Positions 9,767 through 19,216 are shown, numbered from the stretch's first letter. The stretch: DNA of 64,000 nt from an uncultured bacterium (GCA_964012435.1 CAXGSM010000002.1:19952-83951), one strand, 5' to 3'. Program-made: numbers and translations. Notes: a model not told the origin generated them from the sequence alone.

Positions 9767-11173
9767 ATGGATAGTCAAAAAAATATACACTTTATAGCAA
9801 TGGGAGGAAGTGGCATGGAGCCGCTTGCCAGATGGTGCGCAGAAAAAGGATACAAGGTTTCAGGTTCTGATATTTCAGAAAAATCAGTAAAAAAACTAAC
9901 TGAACTTGGTTTTGACTGCAAGCTAAAACATTCGGAAGAGAATATTCCAGAAAATTGTAATCTTGTTGTTTATTCAAATGCAATACCAGAAAACAATATA
10001 GAAGTTCAAGAAGCAAAACAAAGAAACATAACAAGATTGCATAGACCGATATTTCTTGCAAAACAATTTAACAAAGCAGAAAAAAGAATAGCTATAACTG
10101 GAACCCATGGAAAAACAACAACGAGCTCTTTAATATCATGGATTGTATATAAATCTGGAAGAGACCCCAATGTTCTTATTGGTGGAGAAATGCTTAATTG
10201 GAATGCTGGCTACAGAGTTGGAAATAATAAATACTTTGTTGTTGAAGCAGATGAAAGTAATCCTGAATTTGTCAATCTAGACCCAACAACACTTGTTCTA
10301 AACAATCTAGACTGCGATCATATGGATACATACAGAACAATGGAAAATCTTGAAAGGTACATTACGGACTATTTAACAAGCCGTGATGAGAAATGCAATT
10401 TTGTAATGCCTAGAGAAAAAGGATTAGGAATGTCAAAAATACTTGAAAATAGCTCCATTAGACCAGGCAGCATCATTACAACAGCTCTCATTGAAAGTGA
10501 CAAAGAACTTGGGCAAGGAAGCATGGCTGATAGAGCATTGCTGGAAGGGAAAATAATTAGCGAAGGCGAAAGAGGGATGCTGATGAGGGTTCTTTATTAC
10601 GGCTTGCCTTTAGGTGAATTCTTTTTGCCTCTTTCTGGCAAGCATAACGCAAGAAATGTCCTTTCAGCAATTGGTGCGTGTTTAACATTAGGGATGGATG
10701 AAAATGAAATCTACGAAGGGTTAAGGTCTTTCAAAGGTGTAGGCAGAAGAATGGAAAGAATTGGAAACACTGCTGTAGGTGAAATTTTTTCAGACTATGC
10801 ACATCATCCCACAGCGCTAAGAGAAACACTAAAAAGTATTAAAAGTAAATACAAAAACAAAAAAATTGGAATTGTTTTCGAGCCACATAGATATACAAGG
10901 TTACAAAAAACACATGAACAATTTTCAAATGTTTTAAATTCTTTTGAATTCAATCAAAAACTTATATTGCCAATCTATACAGCAGGGGAAAAAGAAATTG
11001 ATGGAATTAGCAGTGAACTTCTTGTAAGCAATAATTCTGATTGCCAACTTGTTCAGCGAGAAGACATGATTGAAAATCTTGTAAATGGTGAAAATGACAT
11101 AATTATTTTTCTAGGAGCGGGAAACATACATAAAATTGCTAATCAAACATTCCAGCTTTGTCAAATTAATTAA
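9767..11173 (+). CDS. murC: UDP-MurNAc:L-Ala ligase MurC
   Basis: HFIAMGGSGM, GTHGKTTT, VVEADES, DHMD, GVGRR, DYAHHP, FEPHRYTR, GAGNI; SD AAGGAGG upstream of ATG 9767. Confidence 0.95.
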   Translation: MDSQKNIHFIAMGGSGMEPLARWCAEKGYKVSGSDISEKSVKKLTELGFDCKLKHSEENIPENCNLVVYSNAIPENNIEVQEAKQRNITRLHRPIFLAKQFNKAEKRIAITGTHGKTTTSSLISWIVYKSGRDPNVLIGGEMLNWNAGYRVGNNKYFVVEADESNPEFVNLDPTTLVLNNLDCDHMDTYRTMENLERYITDYLTSRDEKCNFVMPREKGLGMSKILENSSIRPGSIITTALIESDKELGQGSMADRALLEGKIISEGERGMLMRVLYYGLPLGEFFLPLSGKHNARNVLSAIGACLTLGMDENEIYEGLRSFKGVGRRMERIGNTAVGEIFSDYAHHPTALRETLKSIKSKYKNKKIGIVFEPHRYTRLQKTHEQFSNVLNSFEFNQKLILPIYTAGEKEIDGISSELLVSNNSDCQLVQREDMIENLVNGENDIIIFLGAGNIHKIANQTFQLCQIN

Positions 11174-12042
11174 TGCTACAAAAATTCAAAGACTTTGATG
11201 GAAGAAATCTAACCACCTTCAAGATTGGTGGGAGGATAAAGAAACTTCTAATTGCATCAACTCTCAAAGAGCTAAAAGAAGCAATTGAAATTCTTTCGAA
11301 TAAAAAAAGATGGCTGATTTTAGGTGCTGGAAGCAATGTTTTAATATCAGATAAAGGACTAGATGGAGCAATAAAACTAAAAGGAGATTTTTTGAAAATT
11401 ACACATCATAACAATCTAGTATCTTGTGGTGGTGGAACGTTCGGATCAGCGGTAATCAAATATGCTGAAAATCAATCTTTATCTGGAATGGAGCCATTTT
11501 CAGGATTGCCAGGAACGATTGGAGGATGGATAGCAACAAACTGCGGCCCAAAAGAAATGAATATTATTGACATACTCGAATCAGTTACAGTTATAAATAA
11601 AAAAACACTTCAAGTAAAAACACTTCAAAAAAATGACTTTGGATATGGCTATAGATATTGCTCGCTAAAAAATCAATACGGAATAATAAAGGCCAACTTT
11701 AAATTACAAAATAAACAAAAAGAAAAAATAAAGCAAGAAAATCAAAAATTCATGAAATACAGATTATCAACACAGCCAAAAGGAAGCTCTGTAGGTTGTA
11801 TATTTAAAAATCCCAAAGGTAAATCAGCTGGAAAAATAATAGATTCATGTGGGCTTAAAGGATTCAAGATTAAAAATTTACAAGTTTCAAAAACACATGG
11901 AAATTTCATAATAAATCAAGGAAAATCAAAAGCTGAAGATGTTTTTGAAATGATAGAAGCAATCAAAAAAAATGTATTCTCAAAAACAGGAATAAAACTA
12001 ACTGCTGAAGTAGAAAAAATAGGACATTTTAAGCATGACTGA
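11173..12042 (+). CDS. murB: UDP-N-acetylenolpyruvoylglucosamine reductase MurB
   Basis: TTFKIGG, LGAGSNVL, LPGTIGG, GCIFKNP, HGNF. Confidence 0.94.
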   Translation: MLQKFKDFDGRNLTTFKIGGRIKKLLIASTLKELKEAIEILSNKKRWLILGAGSNVLISDKGLDGAIKLKGDFLKITHHNNLVSCGGGTFGSAVIKYAENQSLSGMEPFSGLPGTIGGWIATNCGPKEMNIIDILESVTVINKKTLQVKTLQKNDFGYGYRYCSLKNQYGIIKANFKLQNKQKEKIKQENQKFMKYRLSTQPKGSSVGCIFKNPKGKSAGKIIDSCGLKGFKIKNLQVSKTHGNFIINQGKSKAEDVFEMIEAIKKNVFSKTGIKLTAEVEKIGHFKHD

Positions 12043-13033
12043 CAACCTCTTCGGAAAACAAGAAAAAAACAATCTAGATATAAACGTGAAAATCATTGCT
12101 TTAGGTGGTGCAGGATGCAAGATACTAAAAAGAATCAATAGCAGATTGCATAAAAGCATTCAAAAAGATGCAATAGACACATCTATATCAAGCTTGAATA
12201 ACCTTTCAGAAGATGTCAAAAAATACAACATAGCAGTAGATAGGTATGGAGGCAAAGGTACTGATTGTGATTATTACGGCTTAAAAGAATACCTTGTTGA
12301 AGACAAGATGGAAAATACAAAAATTGAAAAAACAGAAAATATTGATTTGATAATTTTCATATCCTGTTTAGGCTATGGTAGCGGATCAGCAATTCTTCCA
12401 TGGGCGCTTGAACAGCTGGAACAATCTCTAGACCAACTTGGAAGAAAAACAATTAAGTTAGGTTTTTTCATCCAACCTACAGTAAGTGAAAATCCTGATT
12501 CTCTGGAGATAATTGATGACTCCTTGAAGCATTCAAATGACAAACTTGATTCTTATTTGATAATTTCAAATGACAAACTTTACTCAAGCTTTCAAGGAAC
12601 TTTGGAAGATGCCTTGCATAAAGCTGACTCCTGCCTTATGGAAATTATTGAGCTAATCATTGAGAACAATTACAACACTATAAATCTAGATAAAGCAAAC
12701 ATACTTGAGTTTTTCAGAAATGCAGGACAAATACATTTTGGACAAGGGAAATCAAAAGAAGAAACCATGATACATATGGCTATTGAAGAATCATTTGAAG
12801 GAACACTCTTAAGACCTTTGCCAATCAACAAACCCCCTCATAGGGCTTTATGCTGGATAAATGGCCCTCCAATCAGTGCTTGCTTGCATCAAGAAATAGT
12901 AGAAAGTATTTCCTCAAGGTTATCTCCTGCCATAAACGGCAAGCAAGGAAAAATTAACATATCAATAAATACAATGAATCAAAAAATGCTTGAAATACAT
13001 TTGATGCTCAGTAGCAAACAGGGAATTGCCTGA
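12035..13033 (+). CDS. ftsZ: Highly divergent FtsZ/tubulin-family protein lacking the C-terminal linker and peptide
   Basis: Colinear with FtsZ along its length: KIIALGGAG, AIDTS, GKGT, LGYGSGS, IQP..E, DSYLIISNDKL, INLDKANI, G.IHFGQG; sits at the ftsZ position between murB and yggS. Confidence 0.8.
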   Translation: MTDNLFGKQEKNNLDINVKIIALGGAGCKILKRINSRLHKSIQKDAIDTSISSLNNLSEDVKKYNIAVDRYGGKGTDCDYYGLKEYLVEDKMENTKIEKTENIDLIIFISCLGYGSGSAILPWALEQLEQSLDQLGRKTIKLGFFIQPTVSENPDSLEIIDDSLKHSNDKLDSYLIISNDKLYSSFQGTLEDALHKADSCLMEIIELIIENNYNTINLDKANILEFFRNAGQIHFGQGKSKEETMIHMAIEESFEGTLLRPLPINKPPHRALCWINGPPISACLHQEIVESISSRLSPAINGKQGKINISINTMNQKMLEIHLMLSSKQGIA

Positions 13034-13625
13034 AATGAAAATACCTTCAGGTGTAAGAATCATTGCGGCTGTAAAAAACAGAAATGATTCAGAGTTAGAA
13101 AAAATCCATTCAAAAGGTATACAAGATTTTGGAGAAAATAAATTACAAGAACATCTAAACAGGTCTGAAAAAATCAAAAGCAAAAATATAAATTGGCATT
13201 TCATTGGAAGGATTCAAATGAATAAAATTAAAAAAATATCCAAAGAATTCAAATTCATACACTCAATATCTAGATTTTCAGAAATCAAACAAATATCAAA
13301 ACTAGGACCCCCTTATCCAACATGTTTAATTCAAATAAACCTAGGTGATAGTTCAAAATCAGGAATCAATCCAACAGACTTAAAGCCTTTATTAGACGTG
13401 TCAAGAAAAGAAAATCCTGAACTGCCGATTAAAGGTCTTATGACAATGCCTCCTTATACAACAAATCCGGAAGAAAATAGAATGTGGTTTAGAGAGGTTA
13501 AAAAATTGGGTGAAGAAAATTTCAAAAAGCCATTATTGTCAATGGGAACAACTCAAGATTGGAAAGTAGCAATCTCTGAAGGTTCGAACATCATAAGATT
13601 GGGGAGGAAGATTTTTGAATTCTGA
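13026..13625 (+). CDS. yggS: PLP homeostasis protein YggS/YlmE (short N terminus)
   Basis: PLP Lys in AAVKN, FGENKLQE, WHFIG.IQ.NK, KSG, GLMTMP, LSMG, EGSNIIRLGR. Confidence 0.92.
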   Translation: MPEMKIPSGVRIIAAVKNRNDSELEKIHSKGIQDFGENKLQEHLNRSEKIKSKNINWHFIGRIQMNKIKKISKEFKFIHSISRFSEIKQISKLGPPYPTCLIQINLGDSSKSGINPTDLKPLLDVSRKENPELPIKGLMTMPPYTTNPEENRMWFREVKKLGEENFKKPLLSMGTTQDWKVAISEGSNIIRLGRKIFEF

Positions 13626-14400
13626 ATGGATAGAACATTTAATACTTGGCTTAATCCAAGGAATTACAGAATTTTTACCAATTTCATCTACTGGCCACCT
13701 TCTTCTTGTAAGAAACTTTTTTGGAATAAGTCCAGAATCAAATTCTGCTATCCTGACTATATTGCACCTTGGAACGCTTTTGAGCCTTTTGGTGGTTGAA
13801 GGTAAAAATTTAACTAAAATGATATTATCCAAGCATCCATTTCGCAATATTGAATTCCATGCAATATTCATAACAACACTTGCAACTTTGGTTTTTTATT
13901 TATCTTTTCAAAATTTATTTGAATCAAGCTTTCAAGATGCAGGAAGTGTTGCAATAGGTTTAGTTTTCACTGCATTTATTTTAGTTTATGCAGAATTAAG
14001 AAAATCAACATCATTTAAAAATCTGAGGCACACAACTTTTTTGGACTGGATCGCAATAGGTTTCCTGCAAGCAATCGCAATCATACCTGGGGTTAGTAGA
14101 TCTGGAGCAACAATAGCTGGGGGATTGCTCATTGGTATGAACAGATATGAGTCTGTTAAATTTTCTTTTATGCTCTCGATACCAGTCATAATAGGAGCAA
14201 CTCTCATAAAGCTGGAAAATATAGAATCGTATATTGCCGTTAATCCAGGACCTGCAATATTAGGATTTTTAACTGCTTTTTCATTTGGGATATGGGCAAT
14301 GAAGTTCATGTTAAATTATGTCAAAACAAATAAGCTTGAACCTTTTGCTATATATTGCTTGATATTAGGATTCCTTTCAATGTTGGTGGTAAATCGATGA
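13615..14400 (+). CDS. uppP: Undecaprenyl-diphosphatase UppP/BacA
   Basis: LGLIQGITEFLPISSTGHL, PGVSRSGATI, FSFMLSIP. Confidence 0.96.
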   Translation: MNSEWIEHLILGLIQGITEFLPISSTGHLLLVRNFFGISPESNSAILTILHLGTLLSLLVVEGKNLTKMILSKHPFRNIEFHAIFITTLATLVFYLSFQNLFESSFQDAGSVAIGLVFTAFILVYAELRKSTSFKNLRHTTFLDWIAIGFLQAIAIIPGVSRSGATIAGGLLIGMNRYESVKFSFMLSIPVIIGATLIKLENIESYIAVNPGPAILGFLTAFSFGIWAMKFMLNYVKTNKLEPFAIYCLILGFLSMLVVNR

Positions 14401-16397
14401 AGCTAAAAATAAACCTAGAAACTTTTTTGATTTTATTCGTCATGTATCACACAATTGCAACAACAACACAAATATTAGATCCACTATCAAAAAACTACAG
14501 AGAGTTATTTATCACTTTATGGGGAGTGAATTCATGGATTTACCCTTTGCTTCTTGTTTATCCCATCTTAAATTCAATTAATGAAAAAAAATTCGCCAGA
14601 CTTCTTTTGATTCCTTGGATTTTTTTACTTCTAGGGTCTGGAGATAATGCTGGCATATGGGGAAAAAAAATCTATTCTTTTGTGGAGGGCATAATTGACA
14701 AAGAAGGAATAATAATATTAAATACATTTACCTTTATTTCGATTGGTATTATCTACTTTGATCTAGATAAACATATAAAAAATATCTTTCAAGACTTGTA
14801 TAAAAAAAATAACTTCGAGAAAGATTTCAATTCTGGAAATTTTGAGAAAGATTTTGAATCATTAAAAAAGTCCAAAATAACAACAAGCACCTTAGTTAAA
14901 AAGGATACGAAAAAGAAAGTTGCTCAAAAAACAAAAAGCCAAAAAAGCAACAAAAAAACAATTAAAAATCTAGAAAGTAAACCAAGTTCAAAAGGGTACC
15001 ATATACCAACAGAACTTTTACACAAACCAGAGCCAGTAATAGAAATGGGGATGCAAGAAGTAAAAGACATGGCTGACATAATTATAAAAACCTTAAAAGA
15101 TTGCGCTGGATCCGAAACATTTTATGAAAGCTGTGCTCAAGGACGTTCTGTTGTAAGGTTTGAATTTAGAGTTTCCCCATCTGCAAATTTATCAAAAATA
15201 AGAAGCTCTGCAGAAAATATTGCAGTAGCTATTGCAAGTGTAGGAAAGGTAAGAATAGAAGCACCTGTTATTGGAAAAAGCACTATAGCTGTAGAGATAC
15301 CTCAAAGAAATAAATCGATTTTAAGATTGAGTGAAGTTATAAAAAATCAAAAAAATGCAAATGGTTTAAATTTCATAATGGGAGCCCGAGTAGATGGAAG
15401 TCTATTTAATGTAGATTTAGCATCACTGCCTCATATGTTAATTGCAGGAGCAACACAATCTGGAAAATCAGTTTTTGTAAATACATTATTATTAAATTTG
15501 ATATACAACAAAAGTCCAAAAGATCTAAAACTAATACTTGCGGATATGAAAAAAGTTGAATTGACTCTTTATAAAGATATTCCTCATCTGCTAGTTCCAA
15601 TTGTATCAACTCCAGATCCAGCATTAAATGCATTAGATTGGGCAAGAGTAGAGGTTGATCGTAGATATGAATTATTGGAAGAGTCCAAAACAAAAAATTT
15701 AGAAGAATATAACAAAAAGTCTAAAAACAAACTCCCGTACATAGTTATAGTTTTGGAAGAACTTTCCGCACTTCTAATAACATCCAAAAACAGAGTAATA
15801 GAATCCCTCTCTGATCTTTCAGAAAGAGCAAGAGCAGCAGGAGTCCATTTAATTGCAACAATGCAAAGGCCTGATTCAAAAAAACTAGACGGATCCGTTA
15901 AGGCTAACTTGCCTGGGAAAGTTAGTTTCAGGTTAGGAACAAGATCTGACTCAATAACAGTTTTCGGTAAGGGTGGAGCAGAGAACCTTTTAGGCAGAGG
16001 AGATCTTTATTTTGATAGTCCAACACACCCTGAATTAATAAGATGCCAAGCTCCATTGGTAGAAACAGAAGAAATAGAAAAAGTACTTGATTATCTAATT
16101 AAAAATTATGGTGAAGCTGAATACGACAAATCAGTTGAAGGCGAAGTGATAACACCAATAGATGAAATTAATGACGATATCTTGGAGGGCATGTCGAGCA
16201 CTGATCGTCAGCTAATCAATGATATTAGACAAAGAATCAAAGATGAAGATGCAATAAGCGTAAGTCAACTTCAAAGACTTTTTGGTATTGGATACAATAA
16301 AGCATCAAGAATGATGATGATAATGGAACAATTAAACTGGGTTCATCAAGACCCAAATACATCAGCAGGCAAAAAAGGATGGGTGGTTGATCTGTGA
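14397..16397 (+). CDS. ftsK: DNA translocase FtsK/SpoIIIE (divergent motor motifs)
   Basis: N-terminal TM helices, RIEAP, PHMLIAGATQSGKS, DMKKVEL, RARAAGVHLI, QRP, GAENLLGRGD, gamma domain SVSQLQRLFGIGYNKASR; ATGA overlap with uppP. Confidence 0.92.
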   Translation: MKLKINLETFLILFVMYHTIATTTQILDPLSKNYRELFITLWGVNSWIYPLLLVYPILNSINEKKFARLLLIPWIFLLLGSGDNAGIWGKKIYSFVEGIIDKEGIIILNTFTFISIGIIYFDLDKHIKNIFQDLYKKNNFEKDFNSGNFEKDFESLKKSKITTSTLVKKDTKKKVAQKTKSQKSNKKTIKNLESKPSSKGYHIPTELLHKPEPVIEMGMQEVKDMADIIIKTLKDCAGSETFYESCAQGRSVVRFEFRVSPSANLSKIRSSAENIAVAIASVGKVRIEAPVIGKSTIAVEIPQRNKSILRLSEVIKNQKNANGLNFIMGARVDGSLFNVDLASLPHMLIAGATQSGKSVFVNTLLLNLIYNKSPKDLKLILADMKKVELTLYKDIPHLLVPIVSTPDPALNALDWARVEVDRRYELLEESKTKNLEEYNKKSKNKLPYIVIVLEELSALLITSKNRVIESLSDLSERARAAGVHLIATMQRPDSKKLDGSVKANLPGKVSFRLGTRSDSITVFGKGGAENLLGRGDLYFDSPTHPELIRCQAPLVETEEIEKVLDYLIKNYGEAEYDKSVEGEVITPIDEINDDILEGMSSTDRQLINDIRQRIKDEDAISVSQLQRLFGIGYNKASRMMMIMEQLNWVHQDPNTSAGKKGWVVDL

Positions 16398-16451
16398 AGA
16401 AAAAAATCAATACACAAACAATTAAACATGCTCGTATAGGGTTTTCGAAAA

Positions 16452-17336
16452 ATGGATCCTGATTTTTTCTCTTTAGGAAACTTCACAATAAGATGGTATG
16501 GCTTATGTATGGCTTCTACTGTGTTTATATCCTGGTGGTGGTCTAATAAATGGATAGAAAATAATAAAAAATCCGGTTTAAACAAGAAAGATTTTGAGGA
16601 TGGTTTGTTCTGGGCTGTTGTTTGGGGTATATTTGGAGCAAGATTAATCTACGTTTTAACGAATCTTTCTCAGTATCAAAATTTAACTGAAGCAATGCAA
16701 ATATGGAGGGGAGGCTTATCATTTCATGGAGCAATTGCTTTTGGTATTTTTTACTGGTCATTATGGGCAAGAAAAAGAAATATAAAACTATGTAGGATAT
16801 TAGACCTACTAGCTTATCCTTCAGCAATAGGTATCATTTTTGGCAGAATTGGAAACCTTATGAATGGAGATGATGCAGCAGGAAGGTTAACGAATTTGCC
16901 TATAGGTTACACATGGCCAGAAAAAGCATATGGCTTCTCAAGCTTTTGCCCTAACGCTGAAGAAACTATTGCTACATGTTCAGTCGAACTTGTGAGAGGT
17001 CCAGTTCACCTTTCTCAAGTTTACGGAATGCTTGTTGGGTTAATACTTTTTTTAATATTGTGGATAGGCACAAGACGCCCTAAGCATGAAGGATGGCTAA
17101 CTGGTCAATGGTTGATATGGTACTCTCTATTAAGATCGGTATTAGAAGAACCTTTTCGAAATAATCCTATATACTGGCAAGTTTTTGAAAATAAAGAAAT
17201 TGGCTTTTCGGTTTTCACATTAACTCAAATAGCCTCTTTCTTGATAATTGCAATAGGCCTTCTAGTGTTAAAAATGACACAAAAAAACGATACAAGCCCT
17301 TGGACAGGTTTTAATTATTTTAAAATTAAGGAATGA
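16452..17336 (+). CDS. lgt: Prolipoprotein diacylglyceryl transferase Lgt
   Basis: IRWYG, GARL.YV, IWRGGLSFHG, GRIGNLMNG, HLSQVY, RSVLEEPFR. Confidence 0.95.
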   Translation: MDPDFFSLGNFTIRWYGLCMASTVFISWWWSNKWIENNKKSGLNKKDFEDGLFWAVVWGIFGARLIYVLTNLSQYQNLTEAMQIWRGGLSFHGAIAFGIFYWSLWARKRNIKLCRILDLLAYPSAIGIIFGRIGNLMNGDDAAGRLTNLPIGYTWPEKAYGFSSFCPNAEETIATCSVELVRGPVHLSQVYGMLVGLILFLILWIGTRRPKHEGWLTGQWLIWYSLLRSVLEEPFRNNPIYWQVFENKEIGFSVFTLTQIASFLIIAIGLLVLKMTQKNDTSPWTGFNYFKIKE

Positions 17337-18427
17337 GACAAATGAAAAAAACATTAATCACTATTTTTACATCTTTGATTTTCTTTTCGTGTGGGAAAGT
17401 CAATAACGAGCACACCCTGCTCTATCTAGTTAACGAAAGGCCAGATGAGGTTGTTATAGTTGATACATCCGATCAAAAAGTTATCAATAGATTTATGGCT
17501 GGAGAAGGCCTAAATGACTTAACCCTTATCCCAAATCAAGGAATAGGATTTATAGCAAATCAACATGGTGGCGTAATATCTGTTGTTGATCTAAACATGG
17601 GAACGCTAGAAAGCGAAATACCTACAAATGGGTTTCCTTTGCATTTAACCAGCCCTCCTTCCGGTGAAAAAGTTTATGCAACTGTAGCAAATCCAGAAAC
17701 GCTTCAAGCAAATGAAGTAAGTGTTTTCTCTGTTGAATCGTCATCTTTTATTGAATCAATACCTGTAGGTAACACTATAAACAATATAGAAATACATCCT
17801 GATGGAAAAACCCTTTATGCAACAAGAGCAAATACCGCAATGTTATTTCTAGTTGACACGGTTGAAAAGATAATAAAAAAAGAAAAAGTTTTATCTAATT
17901 CGCCTGCAGCAATGGCTGTAAGCCCAGACGGAAAATACATCGCTCTTGCCTTAACGCAAACCGATACAGTGCAAATATATGATCAAAATGCAGAAGATTT
18001 AATATTCTCAATACCTGTAGGCGATGCTCCAAGAGCTGTAACATTTTCAGATGATGGAAAATTAGTTTTAGCTGCTGATATGAGAACAAGATTTGTCCAT
18101 ATCGCAAAAACTGACACAGGTGAAATTATTGGAAAAATAAAATTCGACATGGCTCCAACAAACTTAAGAGTCGTTAATGGAAAAGTTTGGGCTACAGTCA
18201 AAGCTCCTTTTATTTTTGGAGCAGACCTTACAAGCTTGGAGATAACAGACAAAATTCATCTCAACTCTATCCCTGTTACCTTTGAGGCAGTAGCCCCCAA
18301 CAAGCTCTCGTTAAGCGATAATGACTCTGGTTTACCAATAGTTGAAATCGCCATATTTTTAGTTATTTTTTATCTTATAAAAAAGGGAAAAAGACAAGAA
18401 AAGAAAGAGGGGAAGGAAGATAATTGA
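17333..18427 (+). CDS. YVTN/YncE-like beta-propeller lipoprotein with a C-terminal TM segment
   Basis: Lipobox FFSC; about 40-aa repeats (IPVG..., HPDGKTLY, SPDGKY, FSDDGK); C-terminal hydrophobic helix followed by a basic tail. Confidence 0.8.
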   Translation: MRQMKKTLITIFTSLIFFSCGKVNNEHTLLYLVNERPDEVVIVDTSDQKVINRFMAGEGLNDLTLIPNQGIGFIANQHGGVISVVDLNMGTLESEIPTNGFPLHLTSPPSGEKVYATVANPETLQANEVSVFSVESSSFIESIPVGNTINNIEIHPDGKTLYATRANTAMLFLVDTVEKIIKKEKVLSNSPAAMAVSPDGKYIALALTQTDTVQIYDQNAEDLIFSIPVGDAPRAVTFSDDGKLVLAADMRTRFVHIAKTDTGEIIGKIKFDMAPTNLRVVNGKVWATVKAPFIFGADLTSLEITDKIHLNSIPVTFEAVAPNKLSLSDNDSGLPIVEIAIFLVIFYLIKKGKRQEKKEGKEDN

Positions 18428-19203
18428 ATAAAAAAATAATAATTTTCCTCTTTCTAGCCCTTAACTCCTGCTCAGGATCACAACCAACCAGTGCTAGGGT
18501 TCCTTCAGCCGCAACAAGCACAAAAAATAGACCTCCAGTTATTGAAAGTTTAGAAACAAGTCCAAAGTTTGTTTCTTTTTCTGGGGAAGCTACAACAAGA
18601 GCGATAGCTTCAGATCCAGATTTTGATAGATTGGATTTTTCATGGGAGGTTACGGGTGGAAAAATTCTAGAAGGGAAAAATACTCCTTTTATAAAATGGA
18701 AAGCTGATGAAACGTCTGAAAAAGTGAATATAAAAGTTACGGTAAAAGATTCAGATGGCTACAAGGAAGAAAACCTTGAAATAAAACTTACAAAAAAAAG
18801 CGCTTTTCTAGAGGAAAAAAAACCAAAAAAAGAAGAACATGGCGAAGAATATAAAATTTTTCTAAAAACAGCTAATGTTGATTCTTTTAGCATGTCCAAT
18901 ATTCAAATCAACTACCCTTCAGAAAAGATAAAACTGAAAAGCATCATCTTCAATGGTCTAGAAAAAAAGGATCATGAAAACTGGTATTCAATCATAGATA
19001 GCTCGACAGTAGGAAGGATAAAAATAACCCTCTTCCCAAAAGAGAAAAAGGAAAGAATGGGGGGTAAGATTGCTACATTAAATTTCATCTTGAGAGATGA
19101 CTCTTATCCATCGATTAATGATTTTTCTTTTAAACAAACTGGAAAAGAAATAGGCTTTTGGGACAATGCTAAAAAAGTTATTCCGATAGCTTTATCAAAA
19201 TAA
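18424..19203 (+). CDS. Lipoprotein with an Ig/PKD-like domain and a possible cohesin-like domain
   Basis: Lipobox LNSC, Ser/Thr/Pro linker, NRPPVI...ASDPD.D.L...W (Ig-like), C-terminal beta-rich segment with IQINYP...GKIATLNF. Confidence 0.6.
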   Translation: MNKKIIIFLFLALNSCSGSQPTSARVPSAATSTKNRPPVIESLETSPKFVSFSGEATTRAIASDPDFDRLDFSWEVTGGKILEGKNTPFIKWKADETSEKVNIKVTVKDSDGYKEENLEIKLTKKSAFLEEKKPKKEEHGEEYKIFLKTANVDSFSMSNIQINYPSEKIKLKSIIFNGLEKKDHENWYSIIDSSTVGRIKITLFPKEKKERMGGKIATLNFILRDDSYPSINDFSFKQTGKEIGFWDNAKKVIPIALSK

Positions 19204-19216
19204 AACTCTAACCAAG

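Noticed and set aside
10380..10620. Divergent insertion in MurC as a possible intein or mobile insert
   Set aside because: Only about 15 extra residues, with no intein splice motifs
16394..16462. 22-aa GTG-initiated ORF bridging ftsK and lgt
   Set aside because: No distinctive features; it overlaps the lgt start out of frame and is probably incidental
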